A stretch of DNA of 64,000 nucleotides from Octopus vulgaris (GCA_951406725.2 OX597815.1:48360001-48424000), one strand, 5' to 3'. Counted from the stretch's first letter, positions 1 to 13,779 are shown. Notes: generated from the letters alone by a model not told the origin. Translations and numbers: made by a program.

Positions 1-285
1 AAAATGATGGTAAATTTTTTTTGAGATTTAAAAAAGGTGGAGTTGCGTCCCCTAGACAGTTTGTGGTTCGTATTCCTGATTCTCGACCCCATGTCGAATT
101 TATCGATTTTTTTCAGAACTGGGGGAACTTTTCAAAATTTTCGCTGCGTTAGTTTTGAATTATGACATTGGGCTATGTGTGTGTCAAGTTTCATCAGAAT
201 CGGTTGAAAGCCGTGGTCAGGGTGAGGGTACAACCTGACAGACACACAGAAACACGCACAGACAAACTGCCGTTTATATAGAGAG
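1..285 (+). mobile_element. Non-autonomous Helitron/Helentron-like (HINE/DINE-type) element, 3' part
   Basis: CpG-retaining segment with 'AAGTTTCATCAGAATCGGTT', a (GACA)-like microsatellite and terminal '...AAACTGCCGTTTATATAGAG', an architecture typical of HINE/DINE-1-like elements. Confidence 0.5.
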
Positions 286-890
286 AGATGTATGTGTTCA
301 TGTTCTTTCTTTTCATTTTAATTGTTACTGAAGTGTCCAGGTAGCAATACCAAGTGGCAGCAGCAGTGGTGGTGATGGCAGTGGTGGTGATGGCAGTGGT
401 GGTGGTGGTGGTAATAAAAGCTTGTATGTGTGTGTAACTCTGTGTGTGTGTGTCTGTGTGTGTGTGTGCACATGTGTATTTGTGTGTGCACATGTGTGTG
501 TGTCTGTGTGTGCGTGTGTGTGTCTTTGTGTGGGTAATGTGGACCAAAAGAAAGAAAAGAAGAAGTAGGAGGAGGAGGAAGAGAAGTACAAGAAAAAGGT
601 GTAGAAGAGGAAAGAGGGATGAAGAAGAAGAAGAAAAAGAAGAAGAAGAAGAAGAAGACCACAATGAGATTTAAGCTGAAAATGTAAAGAACTACCAAAA
701 GTCATTTTTGTCTGAGAATCTTTTACTTTTTTTTCCTATTATTTCTTCAGTCTGAATTAAGGTTCAGAGCCTATAGCCTTTACAGGCCCTCAAAAACCAA
801 TACACTTGATGTTGTTAATGTTCTATTTAAACTTATGCAAATCAACACTTACAAGGAAAACATGCAGGTTTGCAGTTCATGCCCAGGGAC

Positions 891-1265
891 AGGTGCAGGC
901 CAAGCTGTGCAGTTAAGAAGCTTGATTTCAACTATGTGGTTTTGGGTTCCAAACCATAGCATAGTGAACTGGGCAAGTGTCTTCTACAGTAGTCCTGGGC
1001 TGATCAATGCTTTGAGAGAGAATTTGGTAGATGAGAAACTGTGTGGAAGTCCCACCATGTGTATATATTTATATAGGTGCGGGCATGGCTGTGTGGTTAG
1101 GGAGCTTGCTCCCTAGCTATATGGTTTCAGGTTCAGTCCCACTGTGTGGCACTTTGGGTAGGTGTCTTCCACTATAGCCCCGAGCCGACCGAAGCTTTGT
1201 GATTGAATTCGGCAGGCAGAAGTTACTGCCGTGTGTGTATATGTGCGTGTAGGTGCTTGTGCCTC
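891..1265 (+). mobile_element. Two tandem 5' fragments of the abundant tRNA-derived SINE (family A)
   Basis: A/B-box-like head TGGCTGTGTGG..GGTTCAGTCCCAC followed by TGGGCAAGTGTCTTCTACTATAGCC; same family as 54634-55062. Confidence 0.75.
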
Positions 1266-1310
1266 TCCGAAAGAGAGAGAGGGATATATATATATATATA
1301 TATATTGTGT

Positions 1311-1580
1311 CTGAGGAGAGTCATTTTCTTTTTGTGCCTTATAATATAACAACACACTCACTGGTAAAATTTCCACTTTTTTCTTATTTTTATTTTTCTA
1401 AAATTTTCGTTGCATCTTGCAACCTTTTCAATAGTTTTGAAATAGTATTTGAGTCAAGACTATTGAAAAGGTTGCAAGATGCAACGAAAATTTTAGGAAA
1501 ATAAAAATAAGAAAAAAGTGGAAATTTTACCGGTGAGTGTGTTATATTATAAGGCACAAAAAGAAAATGACTCTCCCCAG
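1311..1580. repeat. Divergent inverted pair (~128-bp arms, 1311-1440 / 1454-1580) of a hammerhead-like pLTR fragment
   Basis: Arms are near-perfect reverse complements; the ORF track shows mirrored peptides on both strands. Confidence 0.9.
1460..1496 (+). ncRNA. Minimal type I hammerhead-like motif, U3:A8 core variant (mirror copy 1398-1434, minus strand)
   Basis: cta TTGAAAA g gttgc-aagat-gcaac GAA AATT T tag: stem I cta/tag, stem II gttgc/gcaac, palindromic AATT stem III. Confidence 0.5.
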
Positions 1581-1699
1581 AGAAAACAGAATATGCTTCA
1601 ACACATGAACTCATGTAAAGAATCTTGCAAACCAAATCCAAAAACGAAATATATATATATGTTTTATCTTTTATTCTTGAAGAATTTTTTATTACTTAT

Positions 1700-1957
1700 T
1701 CTTTTAAAGCCTGGTACTTATTCTTGTTGGTCTCTTTGCTGAACCACTAAGTTATGGGGCTATCAAGTAGTGGTGAGGAAACACACAGACACAGACACAC
1801 AGACATATAAATATGAAGAGCTTCTTTCAATTTCCATCATCAAAAGCCACTTCCAAGGCTTTGGTCAACCTGATTCCGTAGTAGAAGGCACTTGCAGTGG
1901 GACTGAACCTGGAACCATGTGGCTGGGAAGCAAACTTCTTACACACAACCATGCCTA
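1700..1957 (-). mobile_element. SINE family A, decayed
   Basis: Reverse complement of the family A head and body. Confidence 0.75.
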
Positions 1958-2265
1958 CACACACTACACATGCACGCACACACACACACACACATGATCA
2001 GACAGACTCCAAGGAAGCTAGAGTTGTTCTCTGCTGGCAAGACCTATGTTATGAAGTGAAACCAATAAAAAGTGTACAGTGAACTTGTAGTGTGGAATGG
2101 AGAAGTCAATGCTTCAGACACAATCCTTTTTACAGGGGCAGAGTTTGGAAGGAGAGAAATTAATGAGAGACTGCAGAGTTTTATATCCTCTAAGTTTACA
2201 AAAAAAACCTGGCTGTGTGTCTTTGTGTTTATTCCTTACCACTGTTTAGCAAACTGGTGCTGGTT

Positions 2266-2620
2266 TACTCTTTTACTTGTTTCAGTCATTTGACTGAGGC
2301 CATGCTGGAGCACCATCTTTAGTCGAGCAAATCGACCCCAGGACTTACTAATTCTATTGGTCTCTTTTGCCGAACCGCTAAGTTACGGGGACATAAACAC
2401 ACCAGCATCAGTTGTCAAGCGATGTTGCTGGGGGAGGGGGAGGACAACCACAGACACACAAACATACACACATATATATACATATACATATATACGACAA
2501 GCTTCTTTCAGTTTCCGTCAACCAAATCCACTCACAAGGCTTGACCAATGTGCCACACAGTGGGACTGAACCAGGAACCATGTGGTTGGTAAGCAAGCTA
2601 CTTACCACACAACCACTCCC
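2266..2620 (-). mobile_element. SINE family A inserted into an older plus-strand family A copy (2210-2760)
   Basis: Near-consensus minus copy with a small internal deletion; flanks continue the plus-strand body with a short GGTTT duplication. Confidence 0.8.
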
Positions 2621-2846
2621 ACGGTTTGTTTACATTCCTGTAACTTAGCGGCTTTGTAAAAAGAGGTTGATAAAATAAGTACTACATTTGGGTTGATTTA
2701 TTCTATTAAACCCTTCAAGGCGGCACTCCAGTATGCTAACAATCCACTGACTGAAACAAATCAAAAAAAAAAAAGATAAATAAAATACAAACATCTTTGT
2801 TAATCTCTACCTGAAAGATGGAGGTATGATAAGCAGAAATGGTAGA

Positions 2847-3285
2847 ATCATCATCATCATCATCGTTTAGCGTCTGTTTTCCATGCTAGCATGGGTTGGA
2901 CGGTTCTACTGGGGTCTGTGAAGCCAGAAGGCTTCATCAGGCCCAGTCAAATCTGGTGCTTTTTATGTGCCACCGGCACGAGGGCCAGGCGAGGCTGGCA
3001 ACAGACACGAAACGGGGCGGTGCTGGCAACGGTCGCGAAAACGGAAGGTTCTCTTACATGTCACCGGCACTGGTAACACATCTGCAATTTCCATTGATCG
3101 ATTTCCATTCTGATCCTCACTTGCCTCAACGGGTCTTCACAAGTAGAGTTTCAACATGCCACCGGCACTGGTAACACATCTGCAATTTCCATTGATTGAT
3201 TTCGATTCTGATCCTCACTTGCCTCAACAGGTCTTCACAAGTAGAGTTTTGTGTCCCAAGAAGGGAAGGTATGCATACGTAGGCT
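2847..3285 (-). mobile_element. RTE LINE 3' UTR fragment with (GAT)n tail and an internal 98-bp tandem duplication (3056-3249)
   Basis: Same 3' end as the RTE at 47468-50556; two copies of ACATG.CACCGGCACTGGTAAC...AAGTAGAGTTT. Confidence 0.8.
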
Positions 3286-5257
3286 AGCTGTTAAACAAAA
3301 TGCTTTGTGGTGTTAACTTTATGTTCATAGCTCAAATCTCACAGATGTCAGTTTTGCATTTATTCTTCCTAGATCAATAAAATATAATATCAGACAACTT
3401 CTGGAATCAACATAATCAACTTTAGCTATCCCCTATATTTTGTTAGAAATCAACATTTTTTGCAATCTCCTCCCGTCACCTCCTATAACCTTACTTCTTG
3501 TAAATAAAAGGGGAAAATAAATCTATTTTTATGACTCATATGATGGTACCATCACAGTACCATCATGTGGTACCAATTATCCTTGTAAGTGTTTTCTTTG
3601 GAGCAACGTCCTGAACTTGAGATGTCATCAAAGCCATACAAACTGCTGGAGTTACCTTTTGCTTTCAAACTATTGATAACTGTATGCTACACACACACAC
3701 AGAGTAATACATACATCTCTCTGTCTATCTATTCATCTATCTATCCTCATATTTATATGCTTATATGTGTTCGTGAGTATGTATTTATTTATATATGTAT
3801 GTATGAATGGTTGTAATTTAGTGCGGATAACTTGGTATCAATATATACTTGATTTCACAACTGATTACAGGTGCCCAAATAGACACAAACATTCAACCCC
3901 AACACCATTGACGTAGTAAATCATCCAGGAACCTCGGATATGGCAACTAGAGGGACACATGTTGCACCAGCACTTGATTGGTACTTTATTCATAGTCCCT
4001 GAAAGAATGAAAGACAAAGATAACCATGGCAGAATTTGAACTCAGAACACAGAAACCTGGAACTAAGGTTAAGTAGTCATCAGCTTACTTCTTCATCACT
4101 TACAATGTTGACAAGTCTTGATGGTAATTATACTTAATCAGTGACTGTCATAATGCTGAAAATTTTTGTTTAAAATGATCAAAGAAAAATTTTATTTCCC
4201 CTAGCAACAAGCATCAAATTTCCACCTAATTCTAATACCACTGACCCACATGTACATACATGTAGATGAGGCTATTTTAACCAATGACCTTAGCTAGCTT
4301 TCACACATCCAGGTAGTTATCCATTCCTTTTGCATTCATAAAAATGTCTGGATTTCTCAGATTGATGTGCACTATACCTGAAATTCAACCCCACCTAAAA
4401 AAAACAGATGGTATAATTATGGCTATATCATGGTTCTCACATAAAACGTATTATGTAACTTCCTGCATTTATAGATATACAATATTCATGCTGAAAAAGA
4501 TAAGTAATATCTGTTGTACTTTGAAGTGCAACTATATTGAAAACCACACACATTGACAGTTCACATTTTTTATTTAAAAAAGAATTCTTAATTAATTTTT
4601 AAGAAAAAAAATCAATATTAAACTATATGGTGTTAATGCATGTGTTTTTCAGTCAAGCAACACTTAAAAGTTCAACAGATTCAATTTAATATTATGTAAT
4701 TTTTACCAAAAATGCTATCATTCATATAATAATGAGATTTTAACTGATATTTTTGCAGCAATCATTTAATACTCAGTACTATAATAATCACTTGTCACCT
4801 GTCATGAAACCTATCTTCTTCTAAAATTAGACTTAATATAATTTGTGGTTTAAGTGTAGCAAAGACCCTTTGCATATGTGACATCATCTAAGGACACTGT
4901 CACCCACTATTTTCACTAAATTTAACCAATCCAGATGAAAAATAAAACTGGGTACTGTGATACTGTTTTGATTAGCTGTAATATATTAATTGGTAACTGC
5001 TCTTTAACTTCTCTTCTGAAACCCTTTTGCAGTTTTTAAGGGAACCACATTTAAGGATCAGATCAGAGAGGGGCTGGCTCCAGCCAGTAATTGGTGTTCT
5101 TCCTAGTACTAGTTCAGCCCTTAAATTTTTTTCTTCAATTAGTTAATCATAAAAGACAGACACAGTATTGTCCATGATCAGATCTCCAGCCTACTACTCC
5201 TTTACTATCATTGCATTTATTTTGATATTTGTTTTTCCATACTGGTATCAGTCTTGA

Positions 5258-5590
5258 AGGTGCATGGCACAGTGGTTAGAGCATCAAGCATATGACCGTG
5301 AGGTTGTGAATTCATTTCCCAGATCAGGCTGTGTGTTGTGTTCTTGAGCAAGACACTTTATTTCACGTTACTCCAGTTCACTTATCTGTAGAAATGAGTT
5401 GCGATGTCACTGGTGCCAAGCTGTAGTGGCTTTGTCTTTCCCTTGAATACCGTCAGTGGCATGGAGATGGGAGGCTGGTATGCATGGGTGACTGCTGGTC
5501 TTCCATAAACAACCTTCCTTGGACTTGTGCCTCAGAGGGTAACTTCAAGGGTGCCATCTCATGGTCATTCATGACCAAAGAGGTATCTCT
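5258..5590 (+). mobile_element. tRNA-derived SINE family C
   Basis: Head TGGCACAGTGGTTAGAGC; central TGTGTTCTTGAGCAAGACACTTTATTTCAC; matches 58580-58915. Confidence 0.8.
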
Positions 5591-6643
5591 ACTAACTTTA
5601 CTATCTGTCTTTTTTATAAGGTCACCATCTCAAATTCCTCTTACAGTCTCCTTAATTTTCCACTGGATATCTTCTACTGACAGCATGTAACTTTTTAAAT
5701 CCCCACCCCATCATTCTGCAGGAGTCCTCAGTTCATATATTACACCACTCCACCTACCTGCAGGTCACCCATTAGTGACCTCTCATCATCAAAAAATTCG
5801 ATGAAGTCAGCGAAATCACATGGTTGCAAAGTAAGCATCTTAACCAGACAGCTGTGCCTGTGCATCTTTGGTCATAAATGATTATCTTCATTGCTTTTGT
5901 TATTTTATATCTAACAGGTTAGATGTTAGATATCAGAGTTAGGATGTCGAAACTAGTTCAATCCTAGCTGACAGCTGAAAATTCATATTGACAAACTACA
6001 TAGTCCATAAAACTTAAAAGCAAACTGTGCAAACTTCCATTAAGGTGTCTTAAGTGGTTTTAATGGGAATATTTGTGGAATCATTCAGTGTAAATCATAA
6101 AATTCCTTTAAAAAGATAGTGTTGAATGACGATAGAATATAGCATGATTTCTTGACTGCCATGTGAAAGAGAATTGTAAATACATATATGTTTGGATTTG
6201 TAAAGTTCCAACATTAAACACAAGGTAAACACAGATAAATGAGCCAAAGGAGGAGGTCTCTAAGAAGTAAATTGACTTGCAAGGAATAGCTGTTAAATCT
6301 CCCTTGAATTATACCCCAATGCTTTAATTAAAAAAAAATAGGAAGGATTTATTTTAGATTGTTTTCCTAGATACACTTAAAAAGAGAGGATGGTTGTGGC
6401 TGAAATATCTTTGATCACAGGTCTCCTCTCAACCAGAGCTGATACGAGGAGGAGGAGGAAGAAGAAGAAGAAGAAGATCATCAGCTGTAGTGTCAGCAAC
6501 AACAATAAATTAAGGAAAAAAATAAAATAAAAGAATGTAAACTTCAAACTGAATATCATTGATATTTAATGCAATCTTGATATAGTGTAGAAATACTTTG
6601 CTGATTCAAAGCTTTTGAGTAGTCATTTAAATTCTTATTGTCA

Positions 6644-7010
6644 TTTGACCCTTTAGCATTCAGATTACTTTGTCAAGCATAATGCACATTTGTTCACAGT
6701 TTTTAATTAATCAGGCATCATTTGATTGCTTTGAGAATTTGATGATGTGATTGTTTACTTTTAGAAGGATATTGCAGGAAAGGGGTGAAAGGCCAGATCT
6801 AGTCAGTATGAGCATAAAACAGGTAGAATAGTTTGGCTGGATATGGTCCATTTAAATGCCAAAGAAATTTGGTTTGCCAAATATTAAGACTCCTGAAAAT
6901 AAAAAGGTGTGAGAGGCCAGATTTTGGCAGTATGAACATAAAACAGGTAGAATATTTTGGTAGGATATGGCCCATATAAATGCAAAAGGAATAAAAGTAT
7001 TTTGGTTTGC
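6644..7010. mobile_element. Decayed MITE with CCCTTTAGCATT-type ends (piggyBac-like); right end duplicated
   Basis: CCCTTTAGCATT at 6648 versus AAATGCCAAAG / AAATGCAAAAGG at ~6854 and ~6978; ~130-bp tandem duplication of the right end. Confidence 0.45.
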
Positions 7011-7409
7011 CAAGAATTAAAACTCCTGAAAAAGCCATCAAGAAAATTGTGAAAATAGTACTTGTCAAATGAAATGCAATGAAACAGCAACTGAACCACA
7101 AGAAACCTATAATTAATGAAACAATTTTTCACTAATTACAATCAGTTTAATATCAACTTTACCATGCTTGCATGGATCAGAGAGAATTTGTTGCGACAGG
7201 CTTTTTATGGTTAGATTCCCTTCCAGTTACTGACCCTCACTTGTTTCCAAGTAAGGTAATATTTCCTCCATGGCTGGACATGCTTTCACAGAAGGCTGAA
7301 AATGTGGGACAATGATCTTGTATTGCTGAAAATAAGCTTATATGCCAAAGACATCATTTATAACTTTCATGTGATGTCAATAAAAACTGACACAAACACA
7401 CATATACCC

Positions 7410-7740
7410 CACCACTGGTGCTCAGTCAGCTACAGTGATAAGGTTCCAGTTGATTGGATCAACAGAACAGCCTACTCATGCAATTAACGAGCAAGTGACT
7501 GAGCACTCCACAGACACAAGTACCCTTAATGTAGTTCTCAGGGAGATTCAGCATGACACAGAACATGACAAGGCTGACCTGTTGAAAAACGGGTACTACT
7601 CATTTTTGCCAGCTGAGTGAACTGGAGCAATGTGAAATAAAGAGTCTTGCTCAAGGACACAATGCACAACTTGGAATCAAACACATGACTTTATGATCCT
7701 GAGCCAAATACCCTGACCACTAAGCCACACACCCTCACTA
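7410..7740 (-). mobile_element. tRNA-derived SINE related to family C (shares its body with 30340-30645)
   Basis: GAGCACTCCACAGACAC..GATTCAGCATGACACAGA..; TCTTGCTCAAGGACACAA; tRNA-like head at the high end. Confidence 0.7.
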
Positions 7741-8104
7741 ACCACCATCCCACACCTGCATGACAGGCTTTCTAAAATGTTTGTCTATGATATCCACTCA
7801 CAAGCTTTTGGTTCACCTGGGGTTTTGGTAGAAGACACTTGTCCAAGGTACCATACAGTGGAACAGTTATTCTGTTACTTTCTTTTATTCTTTTACTTGT
7901 TTCAGTCATTTCCAAAACCGATATATCGGTTCCATTTATTTGAACAAACCAACCCCAGGACTTATGGCTTGAGAAACTCAGAGTAACAGATTTTGTTGAA
8001 TTTTCTGCTGCTTAAAATAAAGCATATTACTCTACCACTGGTATTTGAGTACTCTTTTTTCCACCTTGTTTCACATTTATGTGTTTACTCCGGTATATAT
8101 ATAT

Positions 8105-8283
8105 ATATATATATATATACGATGGGCTTCGTTCAGTTACTGTCTACCAAATCCACTCACAACGCTTTGGTCAGCATGAGGCTATAGCAGAAGACACTTG
8201 TCCAAGGTGCCATGCAGCGGGACTAAACCAGGAACCATGTGGTTGGGAAGCAAGTTTCTTTCCACTCAGCCACTCCTGCACCT
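8105..8283 (-). mobile_element. SINE family A 5' half
   Basis: Reverse complement of the family A head. Confidence 0.75.
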
Positions 8284-8499
8284 ATACCTGCATCTACAAA
8301 ATTACTTGCTCACAATGCCATGTTAACTTTCAAAATTAATTGAAACACACAGACAGTCTGGTTCATTATACATATATAGGATGATGAAAACATACAAGTT
8401 CTAAGGAAAGAAAAATTATCACCTGAAGATTTTTATACTTTTATTATCCTAGAATTTCAGGAAAACACGTGTATTGATTCAATTACTAACACCGTCATT

Positions 8500-8818
8500 G
8501 CCTCTGCAGCAAGACACCTTTTCCTGCCCTTCTATCATACTTTCATATCTCTCAATGCTGTACCTAGCTCAGGTGAGGGATCTTGTTTTGTGGGTGCTTG
8601 GTGACCTCGCCTGTATTGGTACCATGGAAAAAGTACCCAATATGCCCTGTGGAGTGGTTGGCATTAGGAAAGGTATCAAGTTGTAGAAGCCATACCAAAG
8701 CAGATATTGGAGATCAACATAGCCCTCTGGCTATCAGTTTATGCTGAACCATCCAACTTATGCCAGCATGGAAAACAATGCATTAAATGACAATGATGAT
8801 GATGCTGACGATGATGAT
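8500..8818 (+). mobile_element. RTE-tailed retroposon fragment ending in (GAT)n
   Basis: GTGGTTGGCATTAGGAA..CCATCCAAC.TATGCCAGCATGGAAAA..TTAAATGA(TGA)n. Confidence 0.65.
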
Positions 8819-8923
8819 CTTTAGATGGATGTTGCACAACTATTCTATTTACTAAAATGCAAAGCTGTCCTTCTTGTTCGCAAGAATCTTGTAATTAGCT
8901 GCAAACAATATCAAATAATGGAA

Positions 8924-9128
8924 AGGTGGTGACTTGGCTGCATTGTTAGCATGTCAGGTAAAATGCTTAGTGGCATTTTGTCTGTCTTTATGTTCTGAGT
9001 TCAAATTCTACCAAAGTCATCTTTACTTTTGGGGTCAATAAAATAAATACTAGTTGGACACCAGGGTTGATGTAATTGACTTACCTACTCCTCCGAAACT
9101 GCTGGCCTTGTGCCAAAATTTGAAACCA
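8924..9128 (+). mobile_element. tRNA-derived SINE family B
   Basis: GTTAGCA..AAAATGCTTAG..GTTCTGAGTTCAAATTC, also present at 22350-23240, 26576, 32145 and 35617. Confidence 0.7.
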
Positions 9129-9689
9129 TTTTTAGATAATGAAACGAATGATACAACAATTCTATATTGCATAACAATACTTTTAGCTCTTTTAATTATT
9201 GAACACTTAGTTATTATCTATCTATTGATTTATTTACCTACTGTTTTTCTTTACACCATTCAATAATTCCCATTCTTTTCCTTCAGTTTTCAATAGAGAA
9301 GACCAACTTATTCAAGTAAGTAGAGACATGGTTCACAAAATCTTCATTACAAAGCTGTGGCCCACCATCATACCTGTAAACTCACTACTTTTTCAAATTT
9401 CTTATTTATTTTTACAATACCTTTCCCTTTGCTCTTTTTCAGCTCCTTTTTTATTCTATGCTTTACTAATCCTATACCACTCTTTGAATTTTAATTTTCT
9501 CTTTTATCCCTCCCCTTTTTGTCTTTTGATCTTTGATATTTTTTTCATTTGGTCCTTCCTTTCTTAGACATGACTTTAATCAAAACAAACAAAAAAAAAG
9601 AACAGACTGATTTCTATGTGTGTGTATACACACCCTATCACAAAAACATATGAATGTATATATACACACCTATCTGTCATTCATTTATC

Positions 9690-9733
<44 letters not shown>

Positions 9734-9761
9734 CATATATATATGTATGTTATATACATAC

Positions 9762-9796
<35 letters not shown>

Positions 9797-10280
9797 TGTA
9801 TGTATGTATGTATGTATGTATGTATGTATGTATGTATGTATGTATGTATGTGTGTGTGTATGCATGTGTGTATATGCATATATATATATATATATACATT
9901 CACATACACATACACACAAACACACACACACGTATATATACACACATATATATTGAGAGAGAGAAAGAGAGAGAAACAGTGGTGAGTGAGAAAGGAAAAA
10001 TAGCAGAAAAGAAATCAAGAAAAAAAAAAATGCAAAAAACAAGAAGGACAATGCAAATAAATAAACATAAATACACAATAAAGAATAAACTAACTAGGGA
10101 ATGAAAAAATTCATGAAGAAAAAGCAAAAGACCATTTCTTCTTCTTCTTCTTCTTCTTCTTCTTCTTCTTCTTCTTCTTCTTCTTCTTCTTCTTCTTCTT
10201 CTTCTTCTTCATCATCGTCATCGTCATCGTCATTATTATTATTATCATTATTATTATTTGTTTGTTTGTTTGTTTGTTTA
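9690..10280. repeat. Compound microsatellites (TA)n, (TATG)n, (CA)n, (TTC)n-(TCA)n-(TTA)n-(TTTG)n
   Basis: Direct reading. Confidence 0.95.
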
Positions 10281-10998
10281 ACCACAGAAATGGTTACACA
10301 AATCTTTCTCCTTCCACTGGCACACAATTTCTATCAAGAAAATTCTGTCTTCTTTGTTCTAAGAGTAAGAAAAAACAGAAAGAATAAAATTTATACTTTT
10401 ACATCTATTACTATTTGTTTATTCTTTTGTTTGTTTTGCATTGCAGGGGAAAATGCTTACATATTACAAGACGTAATAGACAAGTCTTGGAGAGAAATGA
10501 TGGCTTAAAGCTGACATTTATTCAAACCTTTCCAGCCTCAGGAACCATTTCCTAGCCCTCTGTTCTGGTGGCAGTATAGTGTTTAAGTTTGGCTGAGGCA
10601 GCAGCAGAGATGGGGAGAGAACTTCAATCAGTTACATCTTAAGGCACATTGACTAGTAAGCCAGAGAACACAAGTTGACAGCCTTACAAGTAAAGAGTGC
10701 ATACGTACACACATAAATGTGTACAAACATATATACATGCACAAATACACACATGCATATACATGCTTAAACTTATATACATATACATAATATATATATG
10801 TGTATATATATATATGTATGTATATGTATATATATATATTTATATGTATATATATATATGTGTGTGTATATATATGTATATATATATATATGTGCATACA
10901 TACACATATATATGTCTCTCTCTCACTCTATGTGTGTATATATATGTATGTGTGTATTTATGTGTGTATATTAATATATATATATATATGTGTAGTGA

Positions 10999-11035
<37 letters not shown>

Positions 11036-11083
11036 CGTATATGTACATGCATATATATACAAACATATATACATACATGTGCA

Positions 11084-11124
<41 letters not shown>

Positions 11125-11535
11125 TGTGTGTGTGTCTATACACACGCACAAGCACAAGCACGTATACAGAATGAGAGAGAGAGAGAGAGAGAGAGAAAGA
11201 AAGAGTGAGAGAGATGCATATGTAAAAGAAAACTTGGTTGTTATAATGGTAATGTCACTGCTTTGGAGAGCAATCCGTTTATTTAATGACCAGTGTGTAA
11301 ATAACAGTAACAAACAAACAAAAAAAAATTAAGAAAAGGAGATAGTGAGAAAAACAAAAGCAATGAGGTAAGTGAAACACAGAGAAAGAAAAATGTAACA
11401 ACTAAAACATGCTATGTGTTTGTCATGAGAATCAACAATAACAGAAGAGATAAAATATATAGATATCTAAACAAACAATTCGATATATATATATGTTTAT
11501 ATACATATGTAAGTTATATATATGTATGTATGTAC

Positions 11536-11588
<53 letters not shown>

Positions 11589-11805
11589 GAGAGAGTGCGG
11601 TGGAACGAAATAAACAAAAAATGACAAGAAAACAGGACAGAATACAAAGCAATAAAATTGAAGTAATCTGTATGATATATGCACACAAAAAACCAGTGCA
11701 TTACGAGGAAGCAGGGTTGGGTGGGTGGGGACATGAAAAGTGCAATGTCGCTGTGTGAAATTAAAACACACATACACACACACACATCTATATTATATAT
11801 ATATA

Positions 11806-12525
11806 TCATCATCATCATCATCATCGTTTAACATCCGTTTTCCATGCTAGCATGGGTTGGACAGTTTGACCGGTGTCTGGGAAGCCAGGAGGCTGCACCA
11901 GGCTCAAGTCTGATCTGGCAGTGTTTCTACAACTGGATGCCCTTCCTAATGCCAACCACTCCGTGAGTGTAGTGGGTGCTCTATACGTGTCACCAGCACA
12001 GGGCCCAGAGGAGGCTGGCAATGGCCATGATCGGTTGGTGCTTTTTACGTGCCACTGGCACAGGTATCACAAATACAATTTCCATTTGATTTTTATTTTG
12101 ATGTTGATGTACACGACTCAATAGGTCTCCTCAATCACAGCAGGTCATCCTACAATCTAAGGTAAGCACAGCATGTCGTCCTATGATCCAAAGTACTTTG
12201 AATGGGCTGGGACTGGTTATGTGAAGCTGGTGTAGGATATGCTGTGGACTCACTTTATTTGTCGGGTCTTCACAGTCACAGCATATCTCCAGAGGTCTTA
12301 CATCATTGCCTCTGTGAATCCCAACGTTTGAAGGTCATGCTTGATCACCTTATCCCATGTCTTTCTGTATCTACCTCTACCCCAGATTCCTTCAACTGTT
12401 TGGGAGTGGCACTTCTTCACACACTTCCCCTCATCCATCCCTAGTACATGACCATACCAGCGCAAACGTCTCTCTTGCACGCCACATCCGATGCTTCTTA
12501 TGTCTAACATTTCTCTCGTGGCACC
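11806..12525 (-). mobile_element. RTE LINE 3' fragment (ORF end + 3' UTR)
   Basis: Minus-strand peptide VQERRLRWYGHVLGMDEGKCVKKC..GRGRYRKTW is the RTE C-terminus; (GAT)n tail. Confidence 0.9.
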
Positions 12526-12529
12526 TACC

Positions 12530-12567
<38 letters not shown>

Positions 12568-13444
12568 CACACATGCACATACATATACACATGCATCATC
12601 TTTATCATCATACAGTGTTATAAATCCGGGTTTTGCCCCTGTTAATGGGGGTGGCCAGATCTACCTCAGTGCCAAAGTAATTGAGGCAGGCAGGTGCAGC
12701 CCACCCCAACCTTTGAGCTGGCTGGTGCTCATTCTCCCTTGCTATCATGAGGCTTTTTGGAACTGGATTTTCTTGGGGAGCATGCCCTTTCTTACCCCCC
12801 ACCTCAGTTTCTAGACATGAGTGGTTCCAAGACCAAGGCTTCTACCACAATTTTTAAGAAATGTAGTGGAAAACTAGCTCAGGACACTACTCCTTGAACC
12901 TTTTTTGAGGCCCCCTACACACACACACACACACATACATATACATACACACACACATACATACATACATACATACATACATACATACATACATACATAC
13001 ATACATACATACATACATACATACATACATACATACATACATACATACATACATGCATACATATATATATACATACATATATACATACATACATACATAT
13101 ATATAAATTTGTTTGACATGGGTGATTCTTTCTTGTCTTGAGATTCACACTCAAAGGGCTGGATGGAATTGTGCAAAAATTTACACAGATGTGTAGAATG
13201 ATCCGGTGGTGATGCTGGGCTTTGTATTTTTTCTTAGCTTCCATGGTTACTGAGATAATCTACTATAATAATACTCTTGTGTTTATGAATGAGAAGGGAA
13301 GGGGTGATAGATGAATAAGGAAGGAAGCGGTGATGTCATACTTGGTAGTGGGATGATGAAAATTGTACGCTGACAAAAATAAATCAAACAGCGCTTCAAC
13401 TCTGTGTGAATATATGTGTGTGTATGTGAATGTGTATGTGTGCA

Positions 13445-13477
<33 letters not shown>

Positions 13478-13484
13478 GCACACA

Positions 13485-13730
13485 ATGGAAGTGGGATGGT
13501 TCATTTTTGTTCGCATAGTATTTGGGTTTAATTTTTGATTTCGTTGCATCTTGGTTGGGTTTTTTTTTGTTGTTGGTCAGTTATTTTTAGCGTTTTGACT
13601 GAAAAAAGTCATTCTAAAATTGTTTTTTAATGTAAGCGAGTCCAAACAAGTCAAACGCTTACACAGAATAGGTTTTAGAGCCACTTCATTCAAACTGACC
13701 AAGTGAAACCAGGCTTAGCTGCTAGTATAC
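13485..13730 (-). mobile_element. Helitron/Helentron-like non-autonomous element, 5' part
   Basis: Minus strand starts TATACTAGCAGCTAAGCCTGG..; internal hairpin TGTAAGCG/CGCTTACA. Confidence 0.4.
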
Positions 13731-13736
13731 ATATAC

Positions 13737-13773
<37 letters not shown>

Positions 13774-13779
13774 CTAGCA

